From contig NC_042997.1 in NCBI RefSeq assembly GCF_006345805.1, positions 104,532,001-104,596,000 on the forward strand: a stretch of DNA of 64,000 nucleotides, read 5' to 3'. The notes below the pieces were generated by a model. It was not told where the DNA came from, searched no databases, and saw nothing but the letters and a program-made list of their open reading frames with translations. The position numbers and the translations under genes are program-made. Source of the DNA: Octopus sinensis. Lineage: Eukaryota. This document shows, one piece after another, positions 26,711 through 39,220 of this stretch. Within the stretch, counting starts at the first letter, position 1. The number at the start of each line of letters is the position of its first letter.

Positions 26711-26763
26711 CGTAGATCGATTTCTGGATTAGGGATGTAATACCCTTCACCGTCTTCAGTATG
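26711..26763 (-). ncRNA. Type-I hammerhead-like motif
   Basis: CAUA-CUGAAGA-CGG...AGGG/CCCU...CCA-GAAA-UCGA-UC-UACG; helix III palindrome AUCGAU. Confidence 0.55.
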
Positions 26764-26899
26764 ACATAACTCAAAGTACATAATTAAAAACATTTATATA
26801 TACCATACGAACAAATAAGGTAGTTTTAGAGCTATATGGCTTCTCCTTTTAGCATGTGACGCTACTCAGTAATTACCCTTATTATAATTACATATATAT

Positions 26900-27050
26900 A
26901 CAGCAGGCTTCTTTCAGTTTCCGTCTACCAAATCCACTCACAAGGCTTTGGTCGGCCCGAGGCAATAGTAGAAGACACTTGCCCAAGGTGCCATCTAGTG
27001 TGACTAAATTCCGGAAGCAAGCAAGCTTCTTACCATACAGCCACTCCTGC
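26900..27050 (-). mobile_element. SINE family A 5' part
   Basis: GGCTTCTTTCAGTTTCCGTCTACCAAATCCACTCACAAGGCTTTGGTCGGCCCGAGGC, shared with 49790. Confidence 0.9.
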
Positions 27051-27202
27051 ACCATCTGGAGACCATAGTTGAAGCCAATGGCGATTTTGTTGCATAAATT
27101 TATCTTTAGTATTTTAAAATATTTTAATGGAATATACCTGCTAAAATATGTCAGTATTGTTTTCATTTTTGCGTAATTTAGACAATATATTCATTGCACC
27201 TC

Positions 27203-27251
<49 letters not shown>

Positions 27252-28222
27252 CATGCATCCATGTATGTATGCATGTATGTATGTATGTATGTATGTATGT
27301 ATGTATGTATGTATGTATGTATGTATGTATGTATGTATGTAGTATGTATGTAAATGCGTATGTTGACGTCATAAGAATTTATAAACTTTCGAGGAATCCA
27401 GAGAAAATTCCTTTTTGGAATTGGTGTCATAAATAATGAGTTGAAAATACAGTATGGCCGAATGGTTAGTGGTTATAAAGTTCGCTTTGCAGTCACTGGA
27501 AGGCCTTAATTTTGATTTCACTCTCTGACAGCTCTGTGGTATCTTGGGTAAATGTAAATTTTCTTTGGCCTTTGGTTGACTTATACAAGTGAATCTGGGT
27601 TGACGGGAGCTGTATGGAATCCTCATTGGATGGATTGTACTTGTAATGCACAGTTACAGCCTTGACACACGCTACGACACGTTAATTCACCCTGTGGTTT
27701 ACGTTATGGTTAAACGTGGTTGTGGAATCTTCATTCACTCACATACTAATTCAGTGAGCAGTTAATTCTTAATATGGGACCAGCAAAAATATTCCGAATC
27801 TATATCTATGTATGGATAGATGGGTAGTTGGATGGATTGAGCTGTATGCGACTTCACTTGATAATCGAACTTTTCTTTTCCTTCAGATGCTTCTGTTATT
27901 GTTTACAATCTGACTTCCTTTTACTTCCTTCCTGTTTTATCTGTTAGGATGATGACCCATACAATTCTAATTATTAATAAGCGATGTTATGGGCCACTGA
28001 CGTTTTACATCATAAATACATTGTAATAATTTGCAATATCTATTGTCAACATTTGTCAGAAGATGACTGATGCGTTACACTGTTACAAAAATAATGTCCG
28101 TCAAAATTAATAATACTCAGCGTTCACAGTTCCTCAAAGAAATATTTTAGCAACAGAGGATGTTTACACCCATATTCACCCTTACAACCCAAGCATACCG
28201 AGAAGATTTCCACCGTACTCAC

Positions 28223-28249
28223 TTCAAACAGTGAATTACGTTGTATTAC
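28223..28249 (-). CDS. Candidate 27-nt symmetric microexon (VIQRNSLFE)
   Basis: Acceptor TTTTTCACTTTTCTCTTTTCAG|, donor |GTGAGTA; only frame 0 is open. Confidence 0.45.
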
Positions 28250-29098
28250 CTGAAAAGAGAAAAGTGAAAAATTTCCGTAGCATACTACATTTTTTTGTTT
28301 TCAATTCCCCAGCAAATTGCCAATGGCTGTAACACCCTTCCTGACAACTTCGCTTTGTAAATGTATACAGTTAATTTACCTAATTATGTTGTTCTTTTCT
28401 TTACAGGCGATGATCGCTATTGTTTCTGTTTATTTTGTCTTTACAGTTGTTTGATGTATGGTATTACAACAGAGTGTTTATATAATATATTTGTTTTCTA
28501 TTGAATATGTCATTGCTTTTGAGAACTTAATTAATTGTATGCGTTGAGGCAAATATATGCCGGATCAACATGAATAATTCTATTCTATTATCTTTTGTTT
28601 ATAGAATTCGTGCGCAATGTAACAGAGAGAAAAGCTGAAGATAAAGGGAGATTGTATTTTAACCGAAGAGCATTAGATTAAAAAAAAATCTAATGCTTTT
28701 CTTTATTTCAGTTGCTTGGGCAACGCCTTGAAGAGTTTAGTCCAATAAAACAATATATGTATGCGTGTGTATATATGTGTGTGTGTGTGTGTGCGTATGT
28801 GCAAATGAATACGACGGATTTCCACAAAATTTCCATCGATTATATTCACTTAAAAGGCATTTTGTAGTTTCGGGGCGATAGCAGAAGATATATTCCAAAA
28901 TGCACAATCCAATGCGACTGAAACAGAAAATGTGTGCGTGGCAAAACAAACTCTTTTAACTACACAGCCACGCCTGTACTAGAGCCTATAGTTTTGAAAC
29001 TATAACCCTTTGAGAAAAATAATATTCATGCTGATATTCTAAGTTCAATAATTTTTTATGAGATTAAATTTACACTATTTCCCTCAACCCTTCTCTCC

Positions 29099-29155
<57 letters not shown>

Positions 29156-29169
29156 ATATATATATATAT

Positions 29170-29405
29170 ATATATACTTCCGCCTTTCACCATGTGTACT
29201 TCGTAAACACCAGTCGTTTTTTTTCTCCATATCTTGTTGCCCACTTTGGGACCTTTCTTTCCTCTCTCTTCCTTCTTTATGTTTCCGACGAAGAGCTCCG
29301 CTCGAAACGTCATACCTTCCTGCTTCCATATTTCCTGAGCGCCTATTAATAATAATACTGTAATTGTTCCACGTGTTGTTGTTTTTTTGTTTTCCCGTTT
29401 GGATT
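29170..29405 (+). mobile_element. Penelope-like pseudo-LTR remnant
   Basis: Pyrimidine-rich tail with a hammerhead-like motif, bounded by (TA)n. Confidence 0.5.
29281..29315 (+). ncRNA. Minimal hammerhead-like motif with U4C core variant
   Basis: GUUU-CCGACGA-A-GAGC UCC GCUC-GAAAC-GUC-AUAC. Confidence 0.55.
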
Positions 29406-29439
29406 AAAATTATATATATATATATATATATATATTATA

Positions 29440-29672
29440 AATGCGCCCTTTTCATGGGCCCGGTTTCCCGGTTTCTATGGCGTTTGTTTTCCCCAGCTGG
29501 ACGTGACGCCAGTCCACTGAAGCGTTACTCATTTTTGCCAGCTAAGTGGACTGGAGCAGCGTGAAATGAAGTGTTTTGCTCAAGAACGCAACGGGTCGCT
29601 CGGTGCAGGAATCGAAACCACAATCTTACGATCATGATGCTGACACCCTAACCTCAAAGCCACGCGCCTCCA
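29440..29672 (-). mobile_element. tRNA-headed SINE family C
   Basis: B box GGTTTCGATTCC; TTCTTGAGCAAAACACTTCATTTCAC block; relatives at 31415 and 62520. Confidence 0.8.
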
Positions 29673-30185
29673 CCTTTCTCACTCCCTCCCCTCTCTCTCC
29701 CTCTGCCTCCTCTCTCTCTCGCTCTCTTTCTGTCTGTCTGTCTGTCTCTTTCACTATATATATATATAGTGAGAGAGAGAGAGAGAGAGATACTTATATT
29801 GCTAAGACATAGCGTTACTAATAACCTGTTGTTAGAGCTCAATATACATATGCTTCAGAATAAAGAGATGGTAGAGTACACAGAGTAATATGAATTAATT
29901 GAATATGCGCATGCATGCGCGTGTGTGCGTGTGTTTGTGTCTGCATGCTTGTGTATGTGTTGGGCGCGGGTTGACGAAGCCCTCTTTAATTATTTATGAA
30001 ACGTTAAAGCACCTATGGTCAAAATTAATGTAATATTTGCATATGCATAGTTTGAAGATATTCTATTTCTATGCATTTCAATACAACTGCATTTCACTAT
30101 AAATAAGTACAACACGCCGAATTATAATCAGGTTTAATTATTTGCTCATGTCTTTTGTATACCCACTCATTCACTCCACTCTCCG

Positions 30186-30224
<39 letters not shown>

Positions 30225-30855
30225 ACATACACATATCTTCTCTCTCTCTTTTTCAGTCTCATTTCCCAGTCTCTTTACTTATATCGCACTCCTGTCTTTC
30301 TGCAGCCAGTTTGGAATACAAAAGATCTAATAGGTGTTAAATAAAACAATAGTGAAAAGTTGATGAAATTTTCTCAAACGGGAAATCGTTAAACGACTGG
30401 GCTGAGTTACTTTCACTACCCGACTGGGAACTCTAGCTGCCAAAACATTTAAAATAAAGATAAGGAAACAGAACAATATTTATTTATTAATATATTTATT
30501 GGTGTAGCATTATTTTGGTGGGAATATTTTGATGCGAATATTAATTACGTACGGTTAGTCCACGTGCTGGATGTCACGGCGGATGACAATATTACCGAAA
30601 TCACGACTAAATGTCTCAGCATTGCATTATTGTATCGCGATTCCTACACATGCAAACACTCACATACGACAAACAAATATCAAAACAAACGAATATCGTA
30701 AAAGCGTGAGTACACGCCCCACACATACATACATACGCACGCACGCACAGATACACACACACACACGTGCGTGTTTGCGTTTATATGTTGGTGTGTGCAT
30801 TGAGCTATCTCACATCTGTGGTAACGCAAAGAAAATAGTACCGGATATATATATA

Positions 30856-30886
<31 letters not shown>

Positions 30887-31096
30887 GTTTCAGCCCTTCC
30901 ACTTATAATATATTTTGTTGTTGTTTTTGTTGTTGTTCTCTGGTTCGCAGTTGATGTCGATGCGCATGTCAGCATTAAACAAGTAGCCTTTGATTAAAAC
31001 ACTCCATCTGTGTATATATTTATATATATATTTATGTATGTATGTATATATGTATATATATATACATACATATATATATAAATATATATATACACA

Positions 31097-31135
<39 letters not shown>

Positions 31136-31167
31136 TTATATATATATGTATGTATATATATACATAT

Positions 31168-31199
<32 letters not shown>

Positions 31200-31206
<7 letters not shown>

Positions 31207-31382
31207 CATACATATACATACATACATACATACATACATACATACATACGTACGTACGTACATACATACATACATACATACATACATACATACATACATA
31301 CATACATACATACATACATACATACATACATACATACATACATACATACATACATACATACATACATACATACATACATACA

Positions 31383-31412
<30 letters not shown>
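31200..31412. repeat. Long (TACA)n tetranucleotide array
   Basis: Direct periodicity; source of the MYVC and HTYI ORFs. Confidence 0.97.
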
Positions 31413-31413
<1 letters not shown>

Positions 31414-31414
31414 G

Positions 31415-31705
31415 ATGGACCCTCCCGTCGACAGACGACGTATGACGGCTCGGCCATTTCTTGCCGAACAACCTCACAGATGATTTGTTTATAGTGATCA
31501 AATATTTGTGTACACGTAAGCTCACTCTCTCCATCAAATCGACATTGCCTGTACAGGTGCACCGTGTGCCACATATGTAACAATCGCAGTGGAATGTGAT
31601 ATGAAGTGCTTTGCTCAAGAACACAACACAACGCCTGGTCTGGAAATCGAACCCATGATCTCGCGATCGTGTGTGCAACAGCCTAAGCACTAAGCCATGT
31701 GCTTT
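31415..31705 (-). mobile_element. SINE family C variant
   Basis: Head GCACATGGCTTAGTGCTTAGG...GGGTTCGATTTCCAGACC, then TTCTTGAGCAAAGCACTTCA. Confidence 0.75.
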
Positions 31706-31744
31706 CACATATATACATATATATATATACATATATGTCTATTT

Positions 31745-31905
31745 TTCAAATTTTACTTGTTTCAGTTATTTGACTTCAGCCATGCTGGAACACAGCCTTT
31801 AGTCGAAGGAATCGACTCCCAGGACTTATTTTTTGTAAGCCTGGTACTTATTCTATTGGGTCTTTTTGCCGAACTGCTAAGTTAGAGGGACGTAAACAGG
31901 CCAAC
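31745..31905 (-). mobile_element. SINE family A 3' part
   Basis: TTACTTGTTTCAG...GCCATGCTGG...GACTTATT...GCCGAACTGCTAAGT. Confidence 0.85.
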
Positions 31906-31924
31906 AACTATATATATATATATA

Positions 31925-32810
31925 GATCTTTATGTTACATGCCACATTTCTCTGTTTTTTTTTTTTCGTTGATCGAAATAAAGTTCCTTTTCTATGTTTT
32001 GGTTTTTATGTTCTCGTTTCCCATTCTGTGCACAGTTTTTTGCTGTCCTGTACCTATATATGCATGTATATATACATATATATTTAGGTAGGTACATATA
32101 TGTATGTATATATGCATATATTTATATATTATCTATATTATTATATGATCGAACGCCACTCATCCATTTCCAAATATGTTTTATCTTAATAATTACGATA
32201 CGCACTCTTATTCTATCTCGTTTCTGTCTATCTATCTCCCTCTCTTGTTCTTCTTCCTCTCTGTTTTTCTCTCCCACCCTTTCCCTATTCTTCTCTCCCC
32301 TTCACCGTTCGCTCACTTTCTCTCTCTCACCCTTCCTCCTTGACTCTCTCGTTGATCACACGTGACTAACGGCTATCTTCTTTCTTCCACTTTCTTCCTA
32401 AAGACAAGACGTGCTTTTATATGTCTCTTCTCAAAGCTCGTTTTGCCATCGTTCAAAACTTCACATCATCTTGGCTTAACAGCCCTCACCGTTTGTTTTT
32501 ACTGTTTTGTTTTCACTGTTCTGTTTTTTTACAACTTTCACCCTCCGCAAAAAATCCCAAATTTTATCAAATTTGATTTGTGGGAAAGATTGCTTTAACA
32601 AAGTCGCGTCTTGCCCTTACCTTCGAACATGGAGTAGATAAAACACGGGACAACTGATGAAGGAAATGTTCTTTATGATGCATGTCTCGTTTCTCTGTTT
32701 TTTTCATTGTTCGAAAAAAAGTTTATTTTTTATGTTCTCGTTTCTTATTCTGTCCACGTTCTTTTTTACGTCCTATACCCATATATGCATGTATATATAT
32801 ACATATGTAT
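31925..32810 (+). mobile_element. Direct-repeat-bounded segment, possibly tandem Penelope pseudo-LTRs
   Basis: About 140-bp diverged direct repeat at 31925-32075 and 32668-32810; orphan CTGATGA at about 32655. Confidence 0.4.
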
Positions 32811-34288
32811 GTATGTATGTATGTACATATATGTATGTATATATGCATATATTTATTTATTATTTATGTTATATTATATTATATTACATTATATTATATT
32901 ATATATTATATATATATATATATTAAATAATAAGCTTAAAGCTTATCAGCAATCAACCGTGCATTGGCTAAAGAAAATACTCTAATATTGGAACATATAA
33001 GCCCGCGACGTAGCAAAGTGGCTGTTAATACACATAGGAACCGAAACCACACCTCTTATATTCGTGATAAGTGTGCTTATATATATATGCATACAGACAC
33101 ATAGAGAGACAGAAATATATACCTACACATTATGCATAGATACATACGTAACCATGTTTTACATATGCTGAAAATTGACGAGGAAATTAACAACGCTAAA
33201 CATAACGTAAAAATTTAGGTGAAATTATTACTTTAACTCCAGGGGAAGGATTAAAAGACAGTAGGGATTTCTGACGCTTCGGGATGTTAGGCTCTTCTGA
33301 AGAATGCTAGATTGTTAGAAGTGAAAGTGCATGTATAAAGTAAGTTAGAAATCATGAAAAACAAAGAAATAACTACTCGTCTATGTTATGTCAGCCATTT
33401 GCGTATGAATATATGTAACTATATGTGTATCTGCTTATCTATCTGTCTGTTTGTCTGAATGTATGTATGTATGTATGTAAGTGTGTATATATATTTATAT
33501 ATATATATATTGATAAATATATGTGCATATATACATAAACACACAGATGTGAGTGTATATATGTATATATATATATATAGCGTGTAGATGCACATACGTG
33601 TTTGTGGGGTCTGTGTGTATTTCTGGTTTACATATATATGAATGATCCTGGCGTGTGTATTTGTATCTATTGTTCATGTAACCTCAGTTGGTCTAACTAT
33701 ACATCATTCTTTAACACGACATATCGAATGTCCAGTGAAATGAAAAACGTTGACGTGCGAAACTGTAAATCACTCACTACTTTTATACAACAACTAATTA
33801 GATTAAGATTCGTGCCTAACATAAGAGTTTCATTTCGTTTCAGAATCAGTCACATTCCGTGGCTTCCAATAGATGAAGACGTGAAAACAGATATATTATC
33901 ACGTAATCTAACTTTACTTCTATTAATCTTCAAATACATTCCAACCCGCTTTCCTGTCAAATTTTAAATATACAGACTCGAATGTCTACCAACTTATTAT
34001 TTTTGTATCTGTTTCGTTCTCATATCTTACTTTAATTCATTTGCAAATACACAGGAAGAGGGTGGTTTATGTCTTACTAGCAAAAAGAGCATAAGTCTGT
34101 TGATATTTACTTTAAAACTCATTAACATTTGTGTTCAAGACCGCCCCCCACTTTGGTCATTCCTCCTGCTGATGTTCTACAATCGATTACTTTATAAAGC
34201 AGAGCACAGCTTGGTGTGTAATAGGGAAATAAGGCAGAACACAGAATTAAATGGCATGTAGAAATTAGTATCAATATTTTCATTCCGT

Positions 34289-34720
34289 AAGGCGGTGACC
34301 TGGCAAGAATCGTTAACACGCCGGGAAAAATATTCAACAGCATTTCATCCATCTTTACGTTCTGAGTTCAAATTCCGCCGAAGACGACTTTACCTTTCAT
34401 ACTTTCGGTGTCCCTAAAATAAGTTCCAGTTAAACACTGGGGTCGATGTAATCAATTTAGCGTATCCCTCAAACCTGCGGGCCTTGTGCAAAAATTTGAA
34501 ACCTCTATTCCCATTCTGTAAGACTGTGAGCTAGCAGAATCGTTAGCACGCCGGGCAAAATACTTAGCGGCATTTTGTCTGTCTTTACGTTCTGAGTTCA
34601 AATTCCGCCGATGTCGACTTTACCTTTCATCCTTTCGGAGTGGATAAAATAAGTACCAGTTGACAAGTAGCTCCCCCAGCCTCGAAATTGCTGGCCTTGT
34701 GCCAAATTTTGAAATCAATA
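34289..34720 (+). mobile_element. Head-to-tail dimer of SINE family B (tail type GCCTTGTGCCAAAATTTGAA)
   Basis: Copies start at about 34289 and 34519; bracketed by TCAATATTT(T/C)CATTC. Confidence 0.88.
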
Positions 34721-35404
34721 TTTCCATTCTAAATTTTAAAAAGAAGCACACTAAAATAGTTTAATTATTTGCTCTCCGCCTTTAATAAATGGGTCGAATG
34801 AAATGAGTACCATTAAAATACAGACAGGAATGGAACTGACTTTACTTTCCCTCCATTTGCTGTGTAGCCTTATGTTAGATTAAGACAGAACGATTGAGGA
34901 AATACGAATACAGCGGAGTACCGACCGAAACCTATATTTTGTTTTTAACTGGTTATGAGACCATAGGCGACTAAGGTCAGTGCATGCCATACATGTGTTT
35001 ATTACCAATCCTCTTAGGGAGAAATGGTTATTTATGCAATTAATGACCCATGAACGACTTAAAGAATAACCAAAGTTTGTGCATCAGAAAATATACTGCA
35101 CAGCGAAAAATGCCTATTATAATCTATTATTATCTATCATAATCTATTCATATACTTTTACATATGCGTCTTTATATATATATACATAAATATATGCATA
35201 CATGCATGCATGCATACATACATACATACATACATACATACATACATACAAATAAAAATGCCCTGTTGTTGATGTGAAATTCCAGTGTTGGTGCCTTGGA
35301 TCTAGGTTAGAAACTGGCAGTTCCAATGTAAGTGCCTTGGATGTAGGTTAGAAATTGGTTAGAAATCTTGAATTAAAACTGAACAATGACATACATACAT
35401 TTTG

Positions 35405-35640
35405 GTTAGAAAAACACACGAGAAAGAGATGCATGGAGCATTGATAAGGAGTTTCCAAACACAGTACCCAAGATACACGTTCATCTTCATATCTATCATT
35501 ATTGGAGCAACATGATGCATGCCAAACCGTCTGCAACAAAGTTTGGCTGAACTTGGAAGCTTGAGGAGAGTTTGCAAATTCATATGCTACAGATTTTCAC
35601 GGTATCAGCGACTATAAAAATCTGCAACAACTTAAGGTTC
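35405..35640 (+). mobile_element. C-terminal remnant of an RLE-type LINE
   Basis: GALIRSFQTQYPRYTFIFISIIIGAT*CMPNRLQQSLAELG...TIKIC resembles the P-I-I-V-G-A-L-G end of RLE LINEs. Confidence 0.5.
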
Positions 35641-35887
35641 AAAGGATGACGGTAAAGTCAAGTTATTCAATACTTTACTTCACAGCCTACCCACCTTACT
35701 ATCATGTCGGTAGCCGGTCAAAATTAAAAAGAGAAAGAGAAGACATACTTACATAACGCGTGCGTACACAGACTCATATATACACGTATGTATGTAGGTG
35801 TGTATGTGTATGAATGTATGTAAATTTCTTTGTAGGTGACGAACGCGTGCAAGTCAGTTTTGATTAATACTATTTTACTTCTTTTGA

Positions 35888-36377
35888 AGGCGGCGAGCTA
35901 GCAGAAACGTTAGCACGCCGGGCGATATGCGTAGCCGTATTTCGTCAGCCGTTACGTTCTGAGTTCAAATTCTGCCGAGGTCGACTTTGCCTTTCATCCT
36001 TTCAGGGTCGATTAAATAAGTACCAGTTACGCAATAGGGACGATGTAATCGACTTAATCCGTTTGTCTGTCCTTGTTTGTCCTTTCGGTGTTTAGCCCCT
36101 TGTGGGTAGTAAAGAAATAGGTATTTCTTCTGTCTTTACGTTAAGGGCGGCAAGCCAGCAGAAACGTTAGCACGCCGGGCGAAATACTTAGCGGTATTTC
36201 GTCTGCCGTTACGTTCTGAGTTCAAATTCCACCGAGGTCGACTTTGCCTTTCATCCTTTCGGGGTCGATAAATTAACTACCAGTTACGCACTGATGTCGA
36301 TGTAATCGACTTAATCCTTTTGTCTGTCCTTGTTTGTCCACTCTATGTTTGGCCCCTTGTGGGTTGTAAAGAAATAA
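35888..36377 (+). mobile_element. Head-to-tail dimer of full-length SINE family B (tail type TTGTCTGTCCTTGTTTGTCC)
   Basis: Copies 35888-36120 and 36143-36377; B-box-like GAGTTCAAATTC; central GACTTTGCCTTTCATCCTTTCGGGGTCGAT block. Confidence 0.93.
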
Positions 36378-37026
36378 CTATTTCACTTCCCTTGTGTTGT
36401 TAATGTATCGACATTCAGCTTTTATATACAGATAACTAACAAAAATATTATGGTGCGTTGTTTAGTCCTAACAGAAATAGCAGCCAAATCTGCAAAGTTT
36501 GTATTGATTAACGTGAGCTTGAAAATTATATGCCTTAAAAAAGACGGGACGAAAAGGAGCAAAACAACGACTTTGAGTAAAACAACAACATCGTACTCCT
36601 CTAAAATTCTACCAATGATTTAATTATAAACTGTAATATCCAATTGCGTGAAAGACATATTAAGAACTTTACTAATTCGAAAACAGAAGTTAGATGTCAA
36701 AAACAGAAGGGATGTTAGACTGGAGAAAACGATCGTACAAAATTATTTCTTGAGAAGAAAGTAGTGCTGCAATGCCAAACAGCAAACTCCTATAAAATCT
36801 TGACAGGCAACTGGTTGTAACTCCTGGTTGAAATCATTTCACTTCATGCTATTGATGGAGTAAAGTATGATATTTATAGATTTCCCGATCCCTATCACCA
36901 CTGAATGTGAAGTATTACGTATACGAACGAAATCAGCCGATGTTTTAATCCATTATGTTAATAAAAAAGAAGAAAAAACAAAAAAGAAAGTGCCTCAAAA
37001 AACATAACTGCCACTCAAAGATCCCT

Positions 37027-37256
37027 GGGTAAGCTGGCAGAAACGTTAGCACGCCGGGCGATATTCTTAGCGGTATTTCGTCTGCCGCTACGTTCTGAGT
37101 TCAAATTCCGCCGAGTTCGACTTTGCCTTTCATCCTTTCGGGGTCGATTAAATAAGTACCAGTTACGCACTGGGGTCGATATAACCGACTTAATCTGTTT
37201 GTCTGTCCTTGTTTGTCCTCTCTGTGTTTAGCCCCTTGTGTGTAGTAAACAAATAG
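37027..37256 (+). mobile_element. Full-length SINE family B
   Basis: High similarity to the 36143 copy. Confidence 0.93.
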
Positions 37257-37652
37257 GTTTTGACTTTCATTCTTACAGGTATTCAATAAAACATTTCCTT
37301 TAAAATCTGTGACCTTAAGATAATATCATTAATCACGGTAACATCGATTTCGAACCGATAAAATGCAAATTTTTCTGCAAGGAAATTCAAATGAGAGGCA
37401 ATAAAGTTAAAATTAAACACTATAACATCTTTAGACTGGTGTTATTTTCCCTCACAAATCTAGTGCGACTCCTTACAATCGGAAATGTGTGTGTTCAGGA
37501 ATATTCAAAAGTCACCGTCATGGCTGTCAGGTAAGAAGTTTGCTTCCTAACAACATGATTTCGGCTTTAGTCTCACTGTGTGGGACGTTCGGGATACTTG
37601 ATAGACGGAAAGTGATAGAAACATGTCATACATGATAGTATGTATGTATGAA

Positions 37653-37737
<85 letters not shown>

Positions 37738-37800
37738 TATATTATATATATATGTATGTATGTATGTGTATATATATATGTATATCTATATATATATGTA

Positions 37801-37985
37801 TATCTGTAAATATAATATATGACAATTATTCGGTAGCCATGAGAAAACACCGAGTTTCGGATACCGAGATGGAAATCCATGCCACCATCTCTTCAGTTAT
37901 CCGGCCTTTACAGATAAATTCCTCTGTTTACATAATATCGAAGTCTCTTTCATTCTTTTGTTATCTTACCATTTTTATCAATATA
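37801..37985 (-). mobile_element. Penelope-like terminal segment with a partial inverted repeat
   Basis: Shares both arms and the ACAGATAAATTCCTC...CTTACCATTT flank with 58742-58945. Confidence 0.65.
37841..37901 (-). ncRNA. Type-I hammerhead-like motif with an intact core
   Basis: GAUAA-CUGAAGA-GAU...(AUGGA UUU CCAU)...AUC-C-GAAAC-UCGGU-GUU-UUCUC; helix I 4 of 5 bp. Confidence 0.55.
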
Positions 37986-38893
37986 TATATATTTATATAT
38001 AAATATATATTTATATACACATATATATGAATGTGTGTCAGTATCTTTGTCTCCTATTAACGTTTGACCACAACATTGGTTTCTTTACATCCCCTTTTGA
38101 TCTAGCGGTTCGGCTCAAGACATCAATTAAAACAATCAGTTAAAACAATCCTCCTAAGGGCGATTTCAGACTAAAAAGAAATACCTTACATATTATAAAC
38201 CTGGTGTAGCAACACGATGTAGAAATAGTTCAACTGGGATATTTGAAATAATATTGCAGTGGGTTGAATATAAAACACTACAAAGCATTTACTCGGTACA
38301 TCTATTGTTTCAGCTGACTCCACCGCCCTCGGTACGAGAGAAATATTAGTAGTCTACAATATTTAATTGAGATGTTTAACAGGAATAATATGTTGAATCA
38401 TGCTTTGCTATTTTCATCACAAAAGAATTATCGGGATTTATGTGAAATCCAAGTGTGATGTTCCCAGCCAGAGAGAGAAATAAACTTTGTATTCTGAAAT
38501 AAAGTTTCTATTGATTGCTACACGAGAAATAATTCTAAAAGAAATTAATTTTTGTTCTTAATTCTTATTCATGTGAAATTATATATTAACAATATAAATT
38601 TGTACTCAGCTTTCGTAAAGCACCGAGTTTTTCTCATAACATTAAAGAAAAAAATAAACGAGACATCTATTGTGAATGTTATGTATAAATACATGCATAT
38701 ATTTAATTATGTGTGATTCATGTGTACTGTATAAAATTGATTGTATGAGTATATGATTATGTGTTTAGATATGGACTACACTATAGGTGTCAGTATATTT
38801 ATTTGAGTGTACGCTCAAACACAATTACAAATATGTAAAGCTTCGTGTAACACATCTGTCTGACGTCTATCTATCTATCTATCTATCTATCTG

Positions 38894-38975
<82 letters not shown>

Positions 38976-39004
38976 AATAATTCTAGCTATCTATTTATCT
39001 ATCT

Positions 39005-39220
39005 ATGGTAACAAGTTTGCTTCCCTACCATATGTCCCAGATTCAGTGTTCAGGTTCATTGCGTGGTACTTTGGGCAAGTGTCCTCAGCTATAATCCCGG
39101 ACAGATCAAACATTATCGATGGGACTTGGTAGGCGGTAACTGAAAGAAGATCGTCCTTTATATATGTGAATGTGTGTGGGTGTGTCTCTGTATATGAATA
39201 TCTGCATTTGTGTTTGTCCA
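39005..39220 (+). mobile_element. Decayed SINE family A 5' part
   Basis: TGGTAACAAGTTTGCTTCC...TTGGGCAAGTGTC...AACTGAAAGAAG. Confidence 0.7.

Noticed and set aside
33275-33305. Very degenerate hammerhead-like words (also about 29960, 32655, 45095, 53435)
   Set aside because: Too many core or stem mismatches, or a missing half, to call individually
33844-33902. Plus-strand exon candidate ISHIPWLPIDEDVKTDILS; similar isolated candidates near 13960, 52246-52380 and 57026
   Set aside because: One weak splice site each or no partner exon; indistinguishable from pseudo-exons without RNA data
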